Source of the DNA: an uncultured Pseudomonadales bacterium
GTDB taxonomy: Bacteria; Patescibacteriota; Microgenomatia; UBA1400; Chazhemtobacteraceae
Assembly: GCA_964422035.1 (NCBI GenBank)
Contig: CAYQZQ010000001.1
Coordinates: forward strand, 121,013-185,012
Reading direction: 5' to 3'
DNA length: 64,000 nt
Of this stretch, positions 21,786 to 30,868 are shown one piece after another. The notes under the pieces are model-generated. The model was not told where the DNA came from, searched no databases, and saw only the letters and a program-made list of their open reading frames with translations. Within the stretch, counting starts at the first letter, position 1, and each line of letters opens with the position of its first letter. The position numbers and the translations under genes were made by a program.

Positions 21786-22778
21786 ATGTCTGCCCAGCTA
21801 GGAATCGATATTGGTACAGCAAATATAAAACTTGTTTCTCTAAGTGGTAACAAGATTAATGGTGCCCAAGTGATTAGTAACCCTTTGGGCAAGATTAAAC
21901 TGGAAACTGAATCTGAAGTTGTAAAGATGGTTGAGGAGATGAAGAAGTCCTTATTTTCTGAGATAAAATTGTCGGGACAAAGCACTGCTGTGGTGGTGCC
22001 TGAAAGTGTTGTGTATAGTCGAGTCATCAGCATGCCTGTGTTGACTGACGCGGAATTATCAAACGCTATAAAGTGGGAAGCGGAACAATATGTACCCCAA
22101 CCGTTGGAGGAAGTTGAGCTGTCATGGCAGGTTGTAGATAAGCCTCAAAAAACAGAAGGCAAGATGAAGGTATATTTAGTGGCGATTGATAAAAAGGTTG
22201 TAGGTGGTTTAATAAATATGTTTTCAAGATTAGGGTTGGAGCCGACTAGTATTAAGCCTGAGTTTGTTGCAGCCTCATCTTTAATTAGAAGTAAGGGAGA
22301 CGTGATGTTGTCTACCATGGGTGCAAGTACAGTTACAAGTGGTGTATTTAGGGATGGTAATTTGCTTTTCATATATCAATTTGGAAGTGGTGGAACAGCA
22401 ATGACAAGGGCAATATCTTCAGGTTTGCAGCTTAATACCTCTCAAGCTGAAGAGTACAAACGTTCATATGGTGTGAGAAAAGATGTTTTGGAGGGAAAGT
22501 TATATCAGGCAATGAGGCCCGTAACTGAGGGAGTTATATCGGAGCTTAAGAAGGTAGTTGGTTATTACAATCAAAATTTTGCAGATAAGGGCCAGTTGGT
22601 TAATCTTTCAATTTGTGGAGGTATGGCGCTAACACCGGGGATAGTGCAGTTGTTGGGCTCTGAGTTAAATGTTGAGACAGAGCTTTTAAGTAGTTTTGGT
22701 GATGTAGAGTTTGAGGTTCAAATAGATAACAGATTACGAGTAGTGTACGCTCCAGCAATTGGTGCTGTAAAAAGTTAA
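21786..22778 (+). CDS. pilM: Type IV pilus assembly protein PilM
   Basis: LGIDIGTANIK, WEAEQYVP, GGMALTPG (actin-like fold). Confidence 0.9.
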   Translation: MSAQLGIDIGTANIKLVSLSGNKINGAQVISNPLGKIKLETESEVVKMVEEMKKSLFSEIKLSGQSTAVVVPESVVYSRVISMPVLTDAELSNAIKWEAEQYVPQPLEEVELSWQVVDKPQKTEGKMKVYLVAIDKKVVGGLINMFSRLGLEPTSIKPEFVAASSLIRSKGDVMLSTMGASTVTSGVFRDGNLLFIYQFGSGGTAMTRAISSGLQLNTSQAEEYKRSYGVRKDVLEGKLYQAMRPVTEGVISELKKVVGYYNQNFADKGQLVNLSICGGMALTPGIVQLLGSELNVETELLSSFGDVEFEVQIDNRLRVVYAPAIGAVKS

Positions 22779-22780
22779 AT

Positions 22781-23329
22781 ATGGCAGATTTAAATGTTGA
22801 TTTATTGTCAGGTAAGGCAAGAGGAATAGCTCGGACGAACAGAATTGTGAAGTGGCAAAAAAAGGCTGTTTGGATAATATTAGGTTTATTTCTAGTTATT
22901 TCGTTCGGTGTTTTTGCTTGGTGGGGGTTTGAAGTTAATAGAAAATCTAAAATTGAAAAGAGGCAGAGAAGGTTGTTGGCAGAGCTTGAAGATAGATCAG
23001 ATCTTCAAGGTCGATATATGTTGACTAAAGAAGTTTTATTTCAAGCGGATCAAATACTGGGGGTAAGAAAAGATTTTGAAGGAGTCTTGTCTGATGCATA
23101 TTCTCTACTTCCCCCTGGATCAGTCGCAAGAGGTATAAATTTTGGTGATAATAATGTTTCTTTGCAGGTAAGTAATGATGGAGTTCAAGAGTATGCAAGC
23201 TTAATAAGAAATTTAGAGGTAGTTGAGGATCACGATCGTTTTCAGTCTGCTACAGTTGTATCTTCAACTAGATTACGAGATGGGAGTTGGACAGCAAATT
23301 TAGTATTTAATTTCAAAAAAGCTTTATGA
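22781..23329 (+). CDS. pilN: PilN-like protein
   Basis: N-terminal VDLL (INLLP-like), one TM, coiled coil; position after pilM. Confidence 0.65.
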   Translation: MADLNVDLLSGKARGIARTNRIVKWQKKAVWIILGLFLVISFGVFAWWGFEVNRKSKIEKRQRRLLAELEDRSDLQGRYMLTKEVLFQADQILGVRKDFEGVLSDAYSLLPPGSVARGINFGDNNVSLQVSNDGVQEYASLIRNLEVVEDHDRFQSATVVSSTRLRDGSWTANLVFNFKKAL

Positions 23330-24108
23330 GCGAAGATGGAAAGAAAAAATCTAATTTAGGAGGAGAAATATCTAGTTTGGGCGGTGTTGAGCTTGGTTTT
23401 GCGGTTCACAAAAAGGTCCTTGAGTGGTCTGGTTATATCGCTTTGGAAATATTTGTAGTTATGATGATTGGTTTATTGTTTTTGAAGCCTCAAGTAGTCA
23501 AACTGAATAAAATTAGAAAAGAAACGGCTGGACAAGTTGAAAAAATGAACAAGATGGAAGACAAGATAAAAGCTTTAGATGATTTTGCATTAGAGTTTGG
23601 TCAGTATCAAAGCTTGGTGACCAATATTATTCCTCAAGACAATAATTTAGGTGTTATTTTGTCGGGTATTAGAGAATCATCTAATGATGCAGGTATAGAG
23701 TTGGTTAGCTATTCAGTTGAAAATTTTAAAGATAGAGATGATGATGAATTGTCATCTAAGGGGTTGGAAAAATCTGGTTTAGAGGTGCATGTAAGCGGAA
23801 GTAATAGTCAAATTCAGAGCTTTCTTGATGAACTTAATAATTCTCTACCACTTAAAAATGTTGAAGAATTTGGTGTTAGCAGGCAAAATATTAGTGAACA
23901 AGTTTCAAATAATTTGAGGGTTCGTTTGAGGCTGTTAACATATACTCTTACAAAGGATTTTGAAAAGACTAGTATTAATCAAACATTGAGAATATTTGAT
24001 CAGAAAGATCGAGAACTTCTAACAGAACTTGAAACATATGATACCTGGCAAGTTGAGGCTCAACCTGTAGAACAATCTGGTAGGAACGATAACTTATTCG
24101 GTTTGTAA
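23326..24108 (+). CDS. pilO: PilO-like protein
   Basis: One TM plus coiled coil, IP...LSGI and G...IQSFLDEL patterns; position after pilN. Confidence 0.65.
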   Translation: MSEDGKKKSNLGGEISSLGGVELGFAVHKKVLEWSGYIALEIFVVMMIGLLFLKPQVVKLNKIRKETAGQVEKMNKMEDKIKALDDFALEFGQYQSLVTNIIPQDNNLGVILSGIRESSNDAGIELVSYSVENFKDRDDDELSSKGLEKSGLEVHVSGSNSQIQSFLDELNNSLPLKNVEEFGVSRQNISEQVSNNLRVRLRLLTYTLTKDFEKTSINQTLRIFDQKDRELLTELETYDTWQVEAQPVEQSGRNDNLFGL

Positions 24109-24450
24109 GTCCAGCCCTTCTTCAGGGATGATGCTGTCTTCTTCATTTTCGGCTTCAGGAGTCTCGCTTTCAGGTTCATCGGTTACCTCTTCTTGTTGAG
24201 AAGATTCTTGATTTGAGCCTGAGTCAGCGATGTCGATGTTAACTCTGACACCATTTTTAATAGCTATAATACGAGCGATTTGGCGTAGAGAATTAATTAC
24301 CTTACCGTTTTTGCCGATTACTCTTCCAATATCATCAGGATGAGTGCTTATTGTTAGGTAAATAATTCCATCCTGTTCAGTTTTTTTGATTGCTACTTCA
24401 TCAGGATTATTAACGATTTGGGGCACTATGTATTCTAATAGTTCTTTCAT
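24094..24450 (-). CDS. khpA: KH-domain RNA-binding protein with acidic tail
   Basis: MKELLEYIV..IVNNPDEV, DIGRVIGKNG; downstream of rpsP. Confidence 0.88.
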   Translation of the reverse strand: MKELLEYIVPQIVNNPDEVAIKKTEQDGIIYLTISTHPDDIGRVIGKNGKVINSLRQIARIIAIKNGVRVNIDIADSGSNQESSQQEEVTDEPESETPEAENEEDSIIPEEGLDLQTE

Positions 24451-24674
24451 GAGTGTTTTTTAACTAAATTTTTAACAGTTCGGGTGGGTTGAGCGCCTTG
24501 ATCAATCCATTTCCGATATTTTTTAATGTCGATTTTAAATTCATGTTTTGTGGGGGTGTAGTGGCCAATAACTTCTACGTTGTTTCCACCTGGTCTATTT
24601 TGAGCCTCGGTGACAACAATACGAAAATGCGGTTGATTCCGCTTGCCGGTTCTGGAAAGTTTTACTTTAAGCAC
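24447..24674 (-). CDS. rpsP: 30S ribosomal protein S16
   Basis: KVKLSRTGKRNQPHFRIVV, GAQPTRTV; GTG start. Confidence 0.95.
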   Translation of the reverse strand: MLKVKLSRTGKRNQPHFRIVVTEAQNRPGGNNVEVIGHYTPTKHEFKIDIKKYRKWIDQGAQPTRTVKNLVKKHS

Positions 24675-24733
24675 GTGTGAGGTTGTGTAAAGAAGTCATT
24701 GGTAAGTTGATAACAAGATGAATTTTAACAGTT

Positions 24734-25435
24734 TTATTGTTTTGGTTCAAGTTTATGAACCTGAAGTAGAGCTTTTTTGGCTGCATTTTGTTCTGCTTGC
24801 TGCTTGCTTTTACCTTTTCCTACAGCCAGCTGAGTATGATTTGCTGAGACAGTGATGGTAAAGGTTTTTTTGTGGTCAGGCCCTGATTGTTTTATGGTGT
24901 CATAGTCTGGTGAAGAATATCCCTTGGCTTGTATTTTCTCTTGGAGCTGGCTCTTGGGGTCTTTAAGAGGCTTAGAGAGGATATCTTCGGCTAACGGGAG
25001 AACGTGTTTTTGCACAAAATCTTTAGATTTGTCTATTCCCCCATCAAGATAGATGGCGCCAATTATTGCTTCGGTGGTGTTGGCAAGTAAATGAATGTTA
25101 TTTCTGCCTCCAGAGGCCTCTTCACCCTTACTTAAGAGTAAATAGTCTCCCAGTTTTATGTTTTTGGCAATTTGGGCTAGTGATTCTGTTCTTACAATGG
25201 CTGATCGAGCGGTAGTAAGAATGCCTTCAGGTTGATCAGGTTTGTTATTAAATAAATGTTTGCTGATTAAGAGCTCAAGTACCGCGTCGCCTAGAAATTC
25301 TAGTCTTTCGTTGGATTTTTTCACTTTTTGGTCTTCGTTGAGATATGATCTATGTGTTAAAGCACGTTTTAGTAAGTTAATATTCTCGAATTCGTAACCA
25401 ATCTGTGATTGTAGTTTGTCTAGGTTATCATTCAT
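24734..25435 (-). CDS. rnc: Ribonuclease III
   Basis: [18 protein letters not shown], dsRBD GPDH...AEQNAA. Confidence 0.96.
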   Translation of the reverse strand: MNDNLDKLQSQIGYEFENINLLKRALTHRSYLNEDQKVKKSNERLEFLGDAVLELLISKHLFNNKPDQPEGILTTARSAIVRTESLAQIAKNIKLGDYLLLSKGEEASGGRNNIHLLANTTEAIIGAIYLDGGIDKSKDFVQKHVLPLAEDILSKPLKDPKSQLQEKIQAKGYSSPDYDTIKQSGPDHKKTFTITVSANHTQLAVGKGKSKQQAEQNAAKKALLQVHKLEPKQ

Positions 25436-25835
25436 CTTCTTGTGTTAATTCATCTTTCTTTTTAATATCTTCTAGACGATCAGTTTTTTCTAATGCTGCA
25501 CCCAGTACTCCATTGATAAAGCTGCCGGATGAAGATGATCCGAAATGTTTTCCTATTTCTATGGCTTCATCAATAATAACTTTTGGTGGGGTTTGCTTTT
25601 CATAAAGAAGTTCATATATGGCTAGTCTTAAAACAGCCAGATCAATCTTGTTGATTTGATTTAAAGGCCATTCCGGAGCACATTTTGTGATTACAGAATC
25701 AACTTTTTTAATGTCATCTAGAACTTTTTTGCTAAGATTAGACTCAAGATCTTGATCTTTATCAAAAGAGTATGAAAACAGTGATTTAACTGCGTTAACT
25801 CGACGAATGTGGCGAGGGTCTTTTGATGTCTTCAA
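25428..25835 (-). CDS. nusB: Transcription antitermination factor NusB
   Basis: [30 protein letters not shown]; TTG start. Confidence 0.93.
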   Translation of the reverse strand: MKTSKDPRHIRRVNAVKSLFSYSFDKDQDLESNLSKKVLDDIKKVDSVITKCAPEWPLNQINKIDLAVLRLAIYELLYEKQTPPKVIIDEAIEIGKHFGSSSSGSFINGVLGAALEKTDRLEDIKKKDELTQEDE

Positions 25836-25844
25836 AGCAGGTTT

Positions 25845-25988
25845 TTACTTATTTTTGTTTGATGAGGTAGAACGCAAATGAGGTGGGATAAAGTCTTTTA
25901 AATTAAGACTTTTTTTAAATTGTTTTAACTTAGAGCTGACTCTGTGGTTTTTTCTTTGCTTTGAGTGTCTACGTTTTGGTGTAGGCAT
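25845..25988 (-). CDS. rpmF: 50S ribosomal protein L32, 47 aa, cysteine-less (not in ORF track)
   Basis: Manual translation MPTPKRRHSKQRKNHRVSSKLKQFKKSLNLKDFIPPHLRSTSSNKNK; PKRR-S--R---R and PH motifs; upstream of nusB-rnc. Confidence 0.85.
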   Translation of the reverse strand: MPTPKRRHSKQRKNHRVSSKLKQFKKSLNLKDFIPPHLRSTSSNKNK

Positions 25989-26018
25989 AATTTAGATTTG
26001 TTTGACAACAGGGTAATT

Positions 26019-28025
26019 TTAATCGCCGGGGAGAAATTTTGCAAGCTGTCTGTTAAGTTGTTTGAGGATGGAGAGGGCTTTTTGTTTTTTGATTAGTGTT
26101 TTTGCGAGGTCTTTTGCATTGTCATTTAAGGATTTATCCCAAAAAGCGTTAAACTGAGTATCTATGTGGCCAGTTTGGGATGTGCCGAACAGTTCTCCAC
26201 TTCCTCTGAGTTTGAGATCAATTTTGGCTAGCTTGAAGCCATCATTTGTTTTGGTAAGGTGATTTAGACGCTCTTTTTGCTCTGTATCGTTTGATATGAG
26301 AATACAATATGCCTGTTTATTGTCTCTACCCACCCTTCCTCTCAATTGGTGTAATTGAGCAAGGCCAAATCGTTCGGCGTTCTCTATCATGATGATAGTG
26401 GTGGATTTGATATCGATTCCCACTTCAATAACAGGGGTGGTAACTAAAATATCTGACTTTTGGTTTTTAAAGTCGACAATTATTTTATTTTTTTCTTTTG
26501 AGTTTAGTTTTCCATGTAAAAGTTCTAACTTTAGATCAGAGAAGTAATTATTTTTGAGTTTTTCATATTGGACGGTAGCTGCTTTAACATTTTTAAAACC
26601 CCTTGCCTTTGAGAGTTTAATTAACGGACAGACGATAAAAGCTTGGTTTCCCGTTTCTTTTATTTCTTCTTTTATCCAGGAGAGAGCGTCTTTTCTTTTT
26701 TCCTGGTCTACAAGCCATGTTTTGATGGGCTTTCTTTCTTTAGGTAGTTGTTTTAATGGAGCTATTTGAACGTGACCATATATTGAAAGAGCTAGAGATC
26801 TAGGGATTGGTGTGGCTGAAATTGTGATTACGTGTGGTATAGGATCTTTTTTAAGATATTGACTTCTTTGAAGAACTCCGAAGCGGTGTTGTTCGTCAAT
26901 TACAATCAGTCCTAGTTTTTTGTGATTGATAGTTTCGGGGCGATGCAGAAGAGCGTGGGTACCTATTAGAAGTGAGTGAGGTTGTTTTATATTGGTATCC
27001 CCTGTAACCAACTTTGGATTAATCCCAAATGGTTTGAGTATTTGGGAAAATGTATGTTGATGTTGCTGGGCTAATACTTGTGTGGGTGCCATGATGATTA
27101 CTTGTTTTTCATTAAGTAGAGTTTGAAGAACAGCTGATAAGGCCACTATTGTTTTACCTGAACCTACGTCACCTTGTAGAAGAGTGCTTGTTGGGTATTT
27201 GTGACTAATACTTTTGAATAGTTGTTTGATGGCGTCTTGTTGAGCTTGAGTAAGCTGAAAAGGTAGTGAGTCTAATAGTTTTTGGTGTTTATCTTTGTCT
27301 ATGGAGACAGATCTTGATGTATGACTTTTCCATTGCTTTTTGGTTAGCTCAGATTTCAGAAAGATAGAGAGCAGATCATTGAAGGCAAGTCGATCTTGTG
27401 ATTTATCTACTGCAGATTTGTCTTTGGGGAAATGGATGTTGTGATACGATTTATTTAATGGTTGGAGGGAGTATTTATCGAGTATATTTTTAGAGAGTGG
27501 GTCAGGCAATTTAATGTTCTTGTTGTTTAAAACAATATGGATTTTATTTCGCAGCCATTTTGAACTTACTCCTTCGGTTTGTGGATATACGGGTACCAAC
27601 CTTTGACTGTGGAGTTGAATCTTTTTTTCTTGTTCAAATTGAGGAGAGTTGATTGTTAGTCGACCCCTGTATGTTTTAGTTTTGCCGGTAAAGTAGTAAA
27701 TCTCTCCTTTTTTTAGAGTGTTGGTTAGGTAAGGTTGATTGAACCAGGTTATTTTGATTGGTCCCGAGGAATCTTTGACTAAGGCTGTTTGAATAGTTAG
27801 TCTCCCCTTAGTTTGACTACTAATTACAGATTCAATTTGAGCTTTAATGCAAACATCTTGATTAGGCTTAATTTTCCCAATAGGTGTTAGATTTTGATAG
27901 TCAATATAGCGACTGGGAAAGTGATTAATTAAATCACTGACTGTTGAAATGTTTAAGTTTTGAAGTTTTTTTTGATAGGCATCCCCTACTCCAGGGATGA
28001 TTGTCACAGGTGATTTGAGTTGCAT
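26019..28025 (-). CDS. recG: ATP-dependent DNA helicase RecG
   Basis: QGDVGSGKT, DEQHRFG, ATPIPR, QLRGRVGR. Confidence 0.96.
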   Translation of the reverse strand: MQLKSPVTIIPGVGDAYQKKLQNLNISTVSDLINHFPSRYIDYQNLTPIGKIKPNQDVCIKAQIESVISSQTKGRLTIQTALVKDSSGPIKITWFNQPYLTNTLKKGEIYYFTGKTKTYRGRLTINSPQFEQEKKIQLHSQRLVPVYPQTEGVSSKWLRNKIHIVLNNKNIKLPDPLSKNILDKYSLQPLNKSYHNIHFPKDKSAVDKSQDRLAFNDLLSIFLKSELTKKQWKSHTSRSVSIDKDKHQKLLDSLPFQLTQAQQDAIKQLFKSISHKYPTSTLLQGDVGSGKTIVALSAVLQTLLNEKQVIIMAPTQVLAQQHQHTFSQILKPFGINPKLVTGDTNIKQPHSLLIGTHALLHRPETINHKKLGLIVIDEQHRFGVLQRSQYLKKDPIPHVITISATPIPRSLALSIYGHVQIAPLKQLPKERKPIKTWLVDQEKRKDALSWIKEEIKETGNQAFIVCPLIKLSKARGFKNVKAATVQYEKLKNNYFSDLKLELLHGKLNSKEKNKIIVDFKNQKSDILVTTPVIEVGIDIKSTTIIMIENAERFGLAQLHQLRGRVGRDNKQAYCILISNDTEQKERLNHLTKTNDGFKLAKIDLKLRGSGELFGTSQTGHIDTQFNAFWDKSLNDNAKDLAKTLIKKQKALSILKQLNRQLAKFLPGD

Positions 28026-28027
28026 GA

Positions 28028-28135
28028 TTAAAATAGTGTTAGGAAAAATGGAAGCAGAGTTGAAGTTATCAGTGCTAAGGTGGCTATAGCTATAATGGTT
28101 TTAAATAACTTTCTTCTTTTCTTGTTTAAGCGCAT
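28028..28135 (-). CDS. 35-aa single-TM small protein (not in ORF track)
   Basis: MRLNKKRRKLFKTIIAIATLALITSTLLPFFLTLF; TATAAT 6 nt before ATG; stop 2 nt before recG ATG. Confidence 0.72.
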   Translation of the reverse strand: MRLNKKRRKLFKTIIAIATLALITSTLLPFFLTLF

Positions 28136-28216
28136 ATGAGTATTATATCTAATTCCTATATGGATTATAGGATAATTGGTGTTTTCAAACCTGCATTAGA
28201 CTGGTAAAATTCTTAT

Positions 28217-30850
28217 ATGGCAAGATATTTGAGGTTAAAAAGGCAAAGATTGTGGAGAAAATTCAAAAAATCAGTGAGTTCATTTGTCACAGATAAGATA
28301 GGTTTGGATAATTTAGCCAAGTTTGGTTTTATTGGAGTTGTTGTGGGTACAGTTTTAATGGTTTTTCTTTTCTTTTGGTTTTCTAGAGATTTACCTAATC
28401 CAAATACAATTGTTAGAGACAAGGGGTTTTCAACACAGATTTTAGATAGAGAGGGAGAAAAGGTTTTATATGATGTTTATGAACAGCAAAATCGTCAGTT
28501 TACTCCACTTGACGATATGCCTGACGATTTGAGAAATGCAACTGTTGCTATTGAGGATAAGGATTTTTATAAACATGAGGGTTTTTATCTTCCGGGCATG
28601 ATAAGGGGTATTTCGCGATTTTTTACGAGAGGTAGAGCTCAGGGTGGTTCTACTTTAACTCAGCAGTTAGTCAAAAACGTTCTTTTAACTCAAGAAAGAA
28701 CTATTAGTAGAAAAATTAAAGAATTAGTTTTAGCTGTTCAAATTGAACGTAAGTTTAGCAAGGATCAGATTTTGCAGATGTATTTAAATGAGGCTCCTTA
28801 TGGAGGAACAGCTTGGGGAATTGCTGCAGCATCTGAAAAGTATTTTGAGAAGGAACCTTCAGAGTTGTCGTTGATTGAATCTGTATTTCTGGCTGGAATG
28901 CCACAATCCCCTTCAAGATATTCGCCTTATGGCAGTGATAATGATGCCTACATAGCAAGGGCAAAAAATGTTGCTAGAAGAATGAGAGAGGATGGATACA
29001 TAACAGAGGAAAAAGAAAATGAGATAGTTGAAGACTTGCCTGAAATGGAGTTTGAGGATAGAGACAGTACACTGAAGGCCCCACATTTTGTAATGTATGT
29101 GAGGGAACAATTGGAGGAAATGTTTGGGGAAGCTATGGTTACAGGTGGGGGTTTGAGAGTTACTACTACTCTTGATTGGGAGCTTCATGAGAGAGCTGAG
29201 GAAATTGTAGAGAGTGAGATAGATAAAGTTAGTGAAAGCTTACATATAACTAATGGTGCTAGCGTGATGATAGATCCTCAAACAGGAGAGATATTAAGTA
29301 TGGTGGGATCAAAGGATTTTTTCGATGAAGAAATTGATGGTCAGGTGAATGTGGCTTTAAGGCCTAGACAACCTGGTTCGTCCATTAAGCCAGTTACTTA
29401 TGCAGCTGCTTTTGAAGAAGGGTTTTGGCCGGGTAAAGTATTTGCTGATGTGGTTACAGAGTTTCCTTCTGGAGATTCTGATGATCCATATCGTCCTGAA
29501 AACTATGACGGGACAGAACATGGTTTGGTACACTTGAGAGAGGCGTTGGGAAGCTCCTTAAATGTTGTGGCTGTTAAGTTACTTGCTAAAGTTGGTGTTC
29601 AAGATATGTTGGAGACTGCTTATAGAATGGGAATTGATAGTTTGGAACCTAGTAAAGAGAATTTGAGAAGGCTGGGGTTGTCAGTTACTCTGGGTGGTGG
29701 TGAAGTGAGACTTTTGGATATGTCTGCTGCTTATAGTAGTTTTGCAAATGGTGGTTATAGAGTCGAACCGGTAAGCATATTAAAAGTTGAAGATAGAGAT
29801 GGTGAAGTCTTGTATGAAAGAAAAGAGTTAAGTAGGCCAAGAGTTTTGGATGAAGAGGTTGCCTTTTTAATAAATGACATTTTGTCTGATAACCAGGCCA
29901 GGTTATTGACTTTTGGACCAAACAGTTTGATTAACATCTCAGGCAGAGATGTGGCTGTAAAGACTGGAACTACTAATGATCTGCGCGATAACTGGACTGT
30001 TGGTTGGAGTAAAAATACTTTAGTTGGTGTTTGGGTTGGTAATAATGATAATTCATCGATGAAACAGGTTGCGTCTGGTGTTTCAGGTGCTTCTCCAATT
30101 TGGAGACGGCAGATGTTGGAAGCATTGACAAAGCGTGGGGATGAGCTATTTAGTCCTCCTGGTGGTGTCAGAGAGGTTGAGTTAGATAGTGTTTCAGGTT
30201 ATCCGGCACATGATGGTTTTACCAGTTATAAAGAATGGGTAATCAACGGTACGCTGCCTGTTCAAGAAGATCCTATTCATAAAATGACAAAGGTATGTAA
30301 AGGGCAACCAGATAAGTTGGCTACTGAAGTTCAGGTGGCTAGAGGTGATTATGATACTGCCGAGTATATCTATGTTAGAGAAGATGATCCTTTGACTAGT
30401 GATGATTTGTGGCAGAAAGCAATAAATAATTGGCTTGAGTCAGTTAATGATGATAAATACCATCCACCAACTGAGTATTGTGGAGAAGGTGGGGTGCATG
30501 TAGAAATTTCCAGTCCGTCAGATGATAGCAGAGTTGATAAAAATGATGTAAACATAAAAGCTGTGGTGTATGCCGATAAAGAAATAGAGTGGGTTGATTT
30601 GTATATTGATGGAAATAAAGAGTGGAGATGGGAGGAGAGACCTTATGAGAGGGTATTTACACTGTCAGATGGATATCATGAGATTAGAGTTGTGGCACGA
30701 ATTGAGGGTGGAGCCGAGAGCGAGAGGGTTCATACATTTACTGTTAATGAAAAATATCAAGAACCTACCCCTTCTGCTACTTCAACCCCCACACCGACCT
30801 CTACATTAACCCCTACTCCTACCTCTACCCCTACTCCTACTACTGAATAA
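28217..30850 (+). CDS. Class A penicillin-binding protein (PBP1A family) with C-terminal Ig-like domain and Pro/Thr tail
   Basis: EDKDFYKHEG, GGSTLTQQ, YLN, SSIK (SxxK), SLN, KTGT. Confidence 0.93.
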   Translation: MARYLRLKRQRLWRKFKKSVSSFVTDKIGLDNLAKFGFIGVVVGTVLMVFLFFWFSRDLPNPNTIVRDKGFSTQILDREGEKVLYDVYEQQNRQFTPLDDMPDDLRNATVAIEDKDFYKHEGFYLPGMIRGISRFFTRGRAQGGSTLTQQLVKNVLLTQERTISRKIKELVLAVQIERKFSKDQILQMYLNEAPYGGTAWGIAAASEKYFEKEPSELSLIESVFLAGMPQSPSRYSPYGSDNDAYIARAKNVARRMREDGYITEEKENEIVEDLPEMEFEDRDSTLKAPHFVMYVREQLEEMFGEAMVTGGGLRVTTTLDWELHERAEEIVESEIDKVSESLHITNGASVMIDPQTGEILSMVGSKDFFDEEIDGQVNVALRPRQPGSSIKPVTYAAAFEEGFWPGKVFADVVTEFPSGDSDDPYRPENYDGTEHGLVHLREALGSSLNVVAVKLLAKVGVQDMLETAYRMGIDSLEPSKENLRRLGLSVTLGGGEVRLLDMSAAYSSFANGGYRVEPVSILKVEDRDGEVLYERKELSRPRVLDEEVAFLINDILSDNQARLLTFGPNSLINISGRDVAVKTGTTNDLRDNWTVGWSKNTLVGVWVGNNDNSSMKQVASGVSGASPIWRRQMLEALTKRGDELFSPPGGVREVELDSVSGYPAHDGFTSYKEWVINGTLPVQEDPIHKMTKVCKGQPDKLATEVQVARGDYDTAEYIYVREDDPLTSDDLWQKAINNWLESVNDDKYHPPTEYCGEGGVHVEISSPSDDSRVDKNDVNIKAVVYADKEIEWVDLYIDGNKEWRWEERPYERVFTLSDGYHEIRVVARIEGGAESERVHTFTVNEKYQEPTPSATSTPTPTSTLTPTPTSTPTPTTE
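30764..30844 (+). repeat. Coding Pro/Thr low-complexity repeat
   Basis: ACCCCT/ACTCCT-type hexamers encoding PTPSATSTPTPTSTLTPTPTSTPTPTT. Confidence 0.8.
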
Positions 30851-30868
30851 TCTACTGAAAGTTGATTT

